From Gemmatales bacterium (lineage in GTDB: Bacteria > Planctomycetota > Planctomycetia > Gemmatales > HRBIN36), in assembly GCA_041640595.1 (NCBI GenBank), contig JBEPZY010000003.1, forward strand, positions 276,773 to 340,772: a stretch of 64,000 nucleotides of DNA, read 5' to 3'. The notes beneath the pieces are model-generated. The model ran no database searches. It was not told where the DNA came from and was given only the letters and a program-made list of their open reading frames with translations. Positions 61,716 through 64,000 of this stretch are shown piece by piece. Position numbers and translations under genes: made by a program. How positions within the stretch are numbered: the stretch's first letter is position 1; every line of letters starts with the position of its first letter.

Positions 61716-63746
61716 TTATTCCGATCCCGTAAGTTTCCAATTACTATCGAAAAGTCCGGCTCGCACCACTTCGCAAGCCAGCGGATTGTCGCCAGCACTG
61801 AGCCGAAGCAGAGCGTAGTCGCCCAACCGGGGAAATAGCAGAGCGTTGGTCCCTTCAAAATCCGCGGCATGGAAGGTGTGACCGCTGTTGATCACGACCA
61901 AGCGACCCGCCGCGAATGGGCTGGCGTAACACAGCACCGGCACATGATCCCGAGCGGGGTGAGTATGTCCGGCAAAGCGGAGACTCGTTTTGTCCCACGT
62001 CAACGGTAGCTGGTCGAGAATACCTGCCAGAATGCGGTTGGAGCCAGGATCGCCGAAGAGCACCACGTGATGTCGAGCTAATACTTCGCTGGTGACCTCC
62101 ACGTCCCGCACCATCGGAAGGTCCCCGCGCATGTATTTGCTCCACTCGCGCTGAAACCGCTTCAGCTCCGCCTGAGCATATTCTTCCACCCGCCGATTCC
62201 ACGGTTGCCCCGTTCCCACCACGCACACAAACCGGGAGCGGAACGCCTGGTCTATCGGCCCGGCGGCAGAGCCAGTCTTGCGCATCTGGCGTACCTGGAA
62301 GTAGCTCAGCTGGGCCCAGGGTACAGCTTGCCATTGTCCATTTCGTTTCCATAACGTTACCGCGCGGATTCGCCTGGGTCGCCAATCTCCGGTATCATTC
62401 ACCACGTCCACCGCGGCCTCCACGCTTTGACCATCAATCTGGCAGTTCACCGTGGCAGCCGTGTGGTCAGACGGCAGCGTGATTCGTATGGCCCAGAGAT
62501 TGTCCGTTTGCACCACGTAGCGGTTTCCGTCCCAGTGAGCATCTACTCGACTGGCCTGGTAAAGGTTTTCCGGCACGACATGGATCCAGTGTGCCGTTGC
62601 ATATTGCGGATGATAGGTAACAAAACGCACACGCTCTGGATAACGGGCTCGACCTGTTTGGGCATGTTTGGCCTGCAACTGCAAAATGGTTCTCAGCGAC
62701 TCCGGATGATACCGATGCTCCGTCTTCGGCCCGATGATCAGGGTCATGGGAATCTTGAGAGGCTGAAGACGAGCCGCGATATTCTTAGCTGCCTGAAGTT
62801 GCGGATCCAGTTCCCCGCCATACGCGACAATAGGCACGTTATAGGCATTCTCGGCGTATTCCACCGCATCATATATCTTGAGACACGCCTCCTGATAAGG
62901 TGGTAACGGTTGCGGCAAGCCCTTGACATAACCATGCGTGGTCGTAAAGCCGGCCCCTGGACTTACTGAGCACCACAGGTGCGGATAATGTAAGCCCAGG
63001 TGCCAGGCTCCCGCTCCGCCCATCGAAAAACCACGCAGCACTACCCGATCGGGATCGAACACCTGCGGAAACCGCGCCGCCCAGTCATGCACCGCCTCCA
63101 GGACATCGCTTTCGCCGGCCCAGCGATAGGCATTATTTCCCCGACCATAGACGTGCAACTCTATATAATCCCGTTCCTCGCCGGGCTTAGTGGTCGGATA
63201 GGAATATAGAAATTTCACCTCATTCAGCGTTGCGTCTCGCCCATGCAGAATCACATCAAGCCGATGTTGAGTCTGCTGTTTCGCTCCGAAACCGCGAGGC
63301 AGAACCACGATGTAAGGCTGCACGCTTCGATCGACATCCGAGAAATAACCCAGTGCAACCGGCCCGCCAGCCAGGAGCCAGGTTGGCTTGCCATGCTGAA
63401 GATAGTCATCCGCACGCCGGATCCCACGGTCTAAAATTTCTAATGTCCATTGCGGATATTCGGGACGATACCATTCTTGATGTTCGGTGATCCACCTGGC
63501 AGCCTTGTGGTATATCGAAATGTCAGCAAGTATAGTCAAGCCAGCCGGGCTGTTTTGCAGACCCAGTTGCTTGAGGCGTTCTTCGACCAGCTGGAGCTTT
63601 TTGTGAAGGAGATCCATTTTCTCCCGTATTCGTGCCTGAGTCGCTGCGTCTGGCGCATAGGATTTCTTTTGCAGGGCGCTCTGTGCCAGTAAAAGTGTGC
63701 AGGTCAGGGCACTTAGTGCTAATGCGAGACAGGTTCGTTTGTTCAT
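61716..63746 (-). CDS. Secreted alpha/beta-hydrolase-fold protein (esterase/peptidase-like)
   Basis: Signal peptide, LHGR, GFSMGG nucleophile elbow, GELD and H.Y. Confidence 0.8.
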   Translation of the reverse strand: MNKRTCLALALSALTCTLLLAQSALQKKSYAPDAATQARIREKMDLLHKKLQLVEERLKQLGLQNSPAGLTILADISIYHKAARWITEHQEWYRPEYPQWTLEILDRGIRRADDYLQHGKPTWLLAGGPVALGYFSDVDRSVQPYIVVLPRGFGAKQQTQHRLDVILHGRDATLNEVKFLYSYPTTKPGEERDYIELHVYGRGNNAYRWAGESDVLEAVHDWAARFPQVFDPDRVVLRGFSMGGAGAWHLGLHYPHLWCSVSPGAGFTTTHGYVKGLPQPLPPYQEACLKIYDAVEYAENAYNVPIVAYGGELDPQLQAAKNIAARLQPLKIPMTLIIGPKTEHRYHPESLRTILQLQAKHAQTGRARYPERVRFVTYHPQYATAHWIHVVPENLYQASRVDAHWDGNRYVVQTDNLWAIRITLPSDHTAATVNCQIDGQSVEAAVDVVNDTGDWRPRRIRAVTLWKRNGQWQAVPWAQLSYFQVRQMRKTGSAAGPIDQAFRSRFVCVVGTGQPWNRRVEEYAQAELKRFQREWSKYMRGDLPMVRDVEVTSEVLARHHVVLFGDPGSNRILAGILDQLPLTWDKTSLRFAGHTHPARDHVPVLCYASPFAAGRLVVINSGHTFHAADFEGTNALLFPRLGDYALLRLSAGDNPLACEVVRAGLFDSNWKLTGSE

Positions 63747-64000
63747 ACTGGATATCCTCCCGATATTAGTGGGGTCTGGCTTCTAAGTCCGGTTGAAAGA
63801 GCAGCACATAGAATCTAGTCGGGCAGGCCTAATAAGTTAAGGAGCCAGTCACGGAAAGCGGTCATCGGCAGGGATGTTCCGGGAGATGGCCCGTCACTAA
63901 TCAGTACCGGCCGATCGAGCGGATCGCTTGCCGCTAAGCCGTGGCTTCCGCCGACTAAACTCGCATCCAGAGGGATTACATCAAAAAGCACGCGAAAGCC

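Overview
GC-rich bacterial chromosome segment, almost certainly a Planctomycete (Gemmataceae-like): LEPR-XLL-type secreted proteins, H4MPT-linked pterin genes, mcsA/mcsB, and many Ser/Thr kinases and WD40 repeats. Housekeeping genes include gyrB (5' part), a DUF721/DciA-like gene, dnaN, mrp, pdxJ, larB, cysK, prs, queC/queD, pabB, sppA, mcsA x2, mcsB, yidD, lon, hsp20 and clpB. Accessory and defence content includes a Dam-class methylase plus SacI-family endonuclease pair, a vWA-PP2C-kinase (TerY-P-like) triad whose kinase is fused to TM helices, four Ig-like repeats and a hypervariable WD40 propeller, a sacsin-like ATPase/DUF3883 gene, an IS4 remnant, and a REP-bounded ~1.9 kb tandem duplication. 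Most striking: unrelated intergenic sites carry the same scar geometry, a 36-38 bp (or ~30 bp) duplication of local host sequence around a unique 35-38 bp insert (10860, 21993, 30395, 54405, 51960). At 52031-52193 a real 30-bp CRISPR repeat-spacer-repeat sits nested inside such a scar, as if a CRISPR repeat was captured as a 36-bp spacer and then seeded a new array. I infer natural off-target Cas1-Cas2 integration and de novo array birth. No cas genes lie in the window, so this needs testing.
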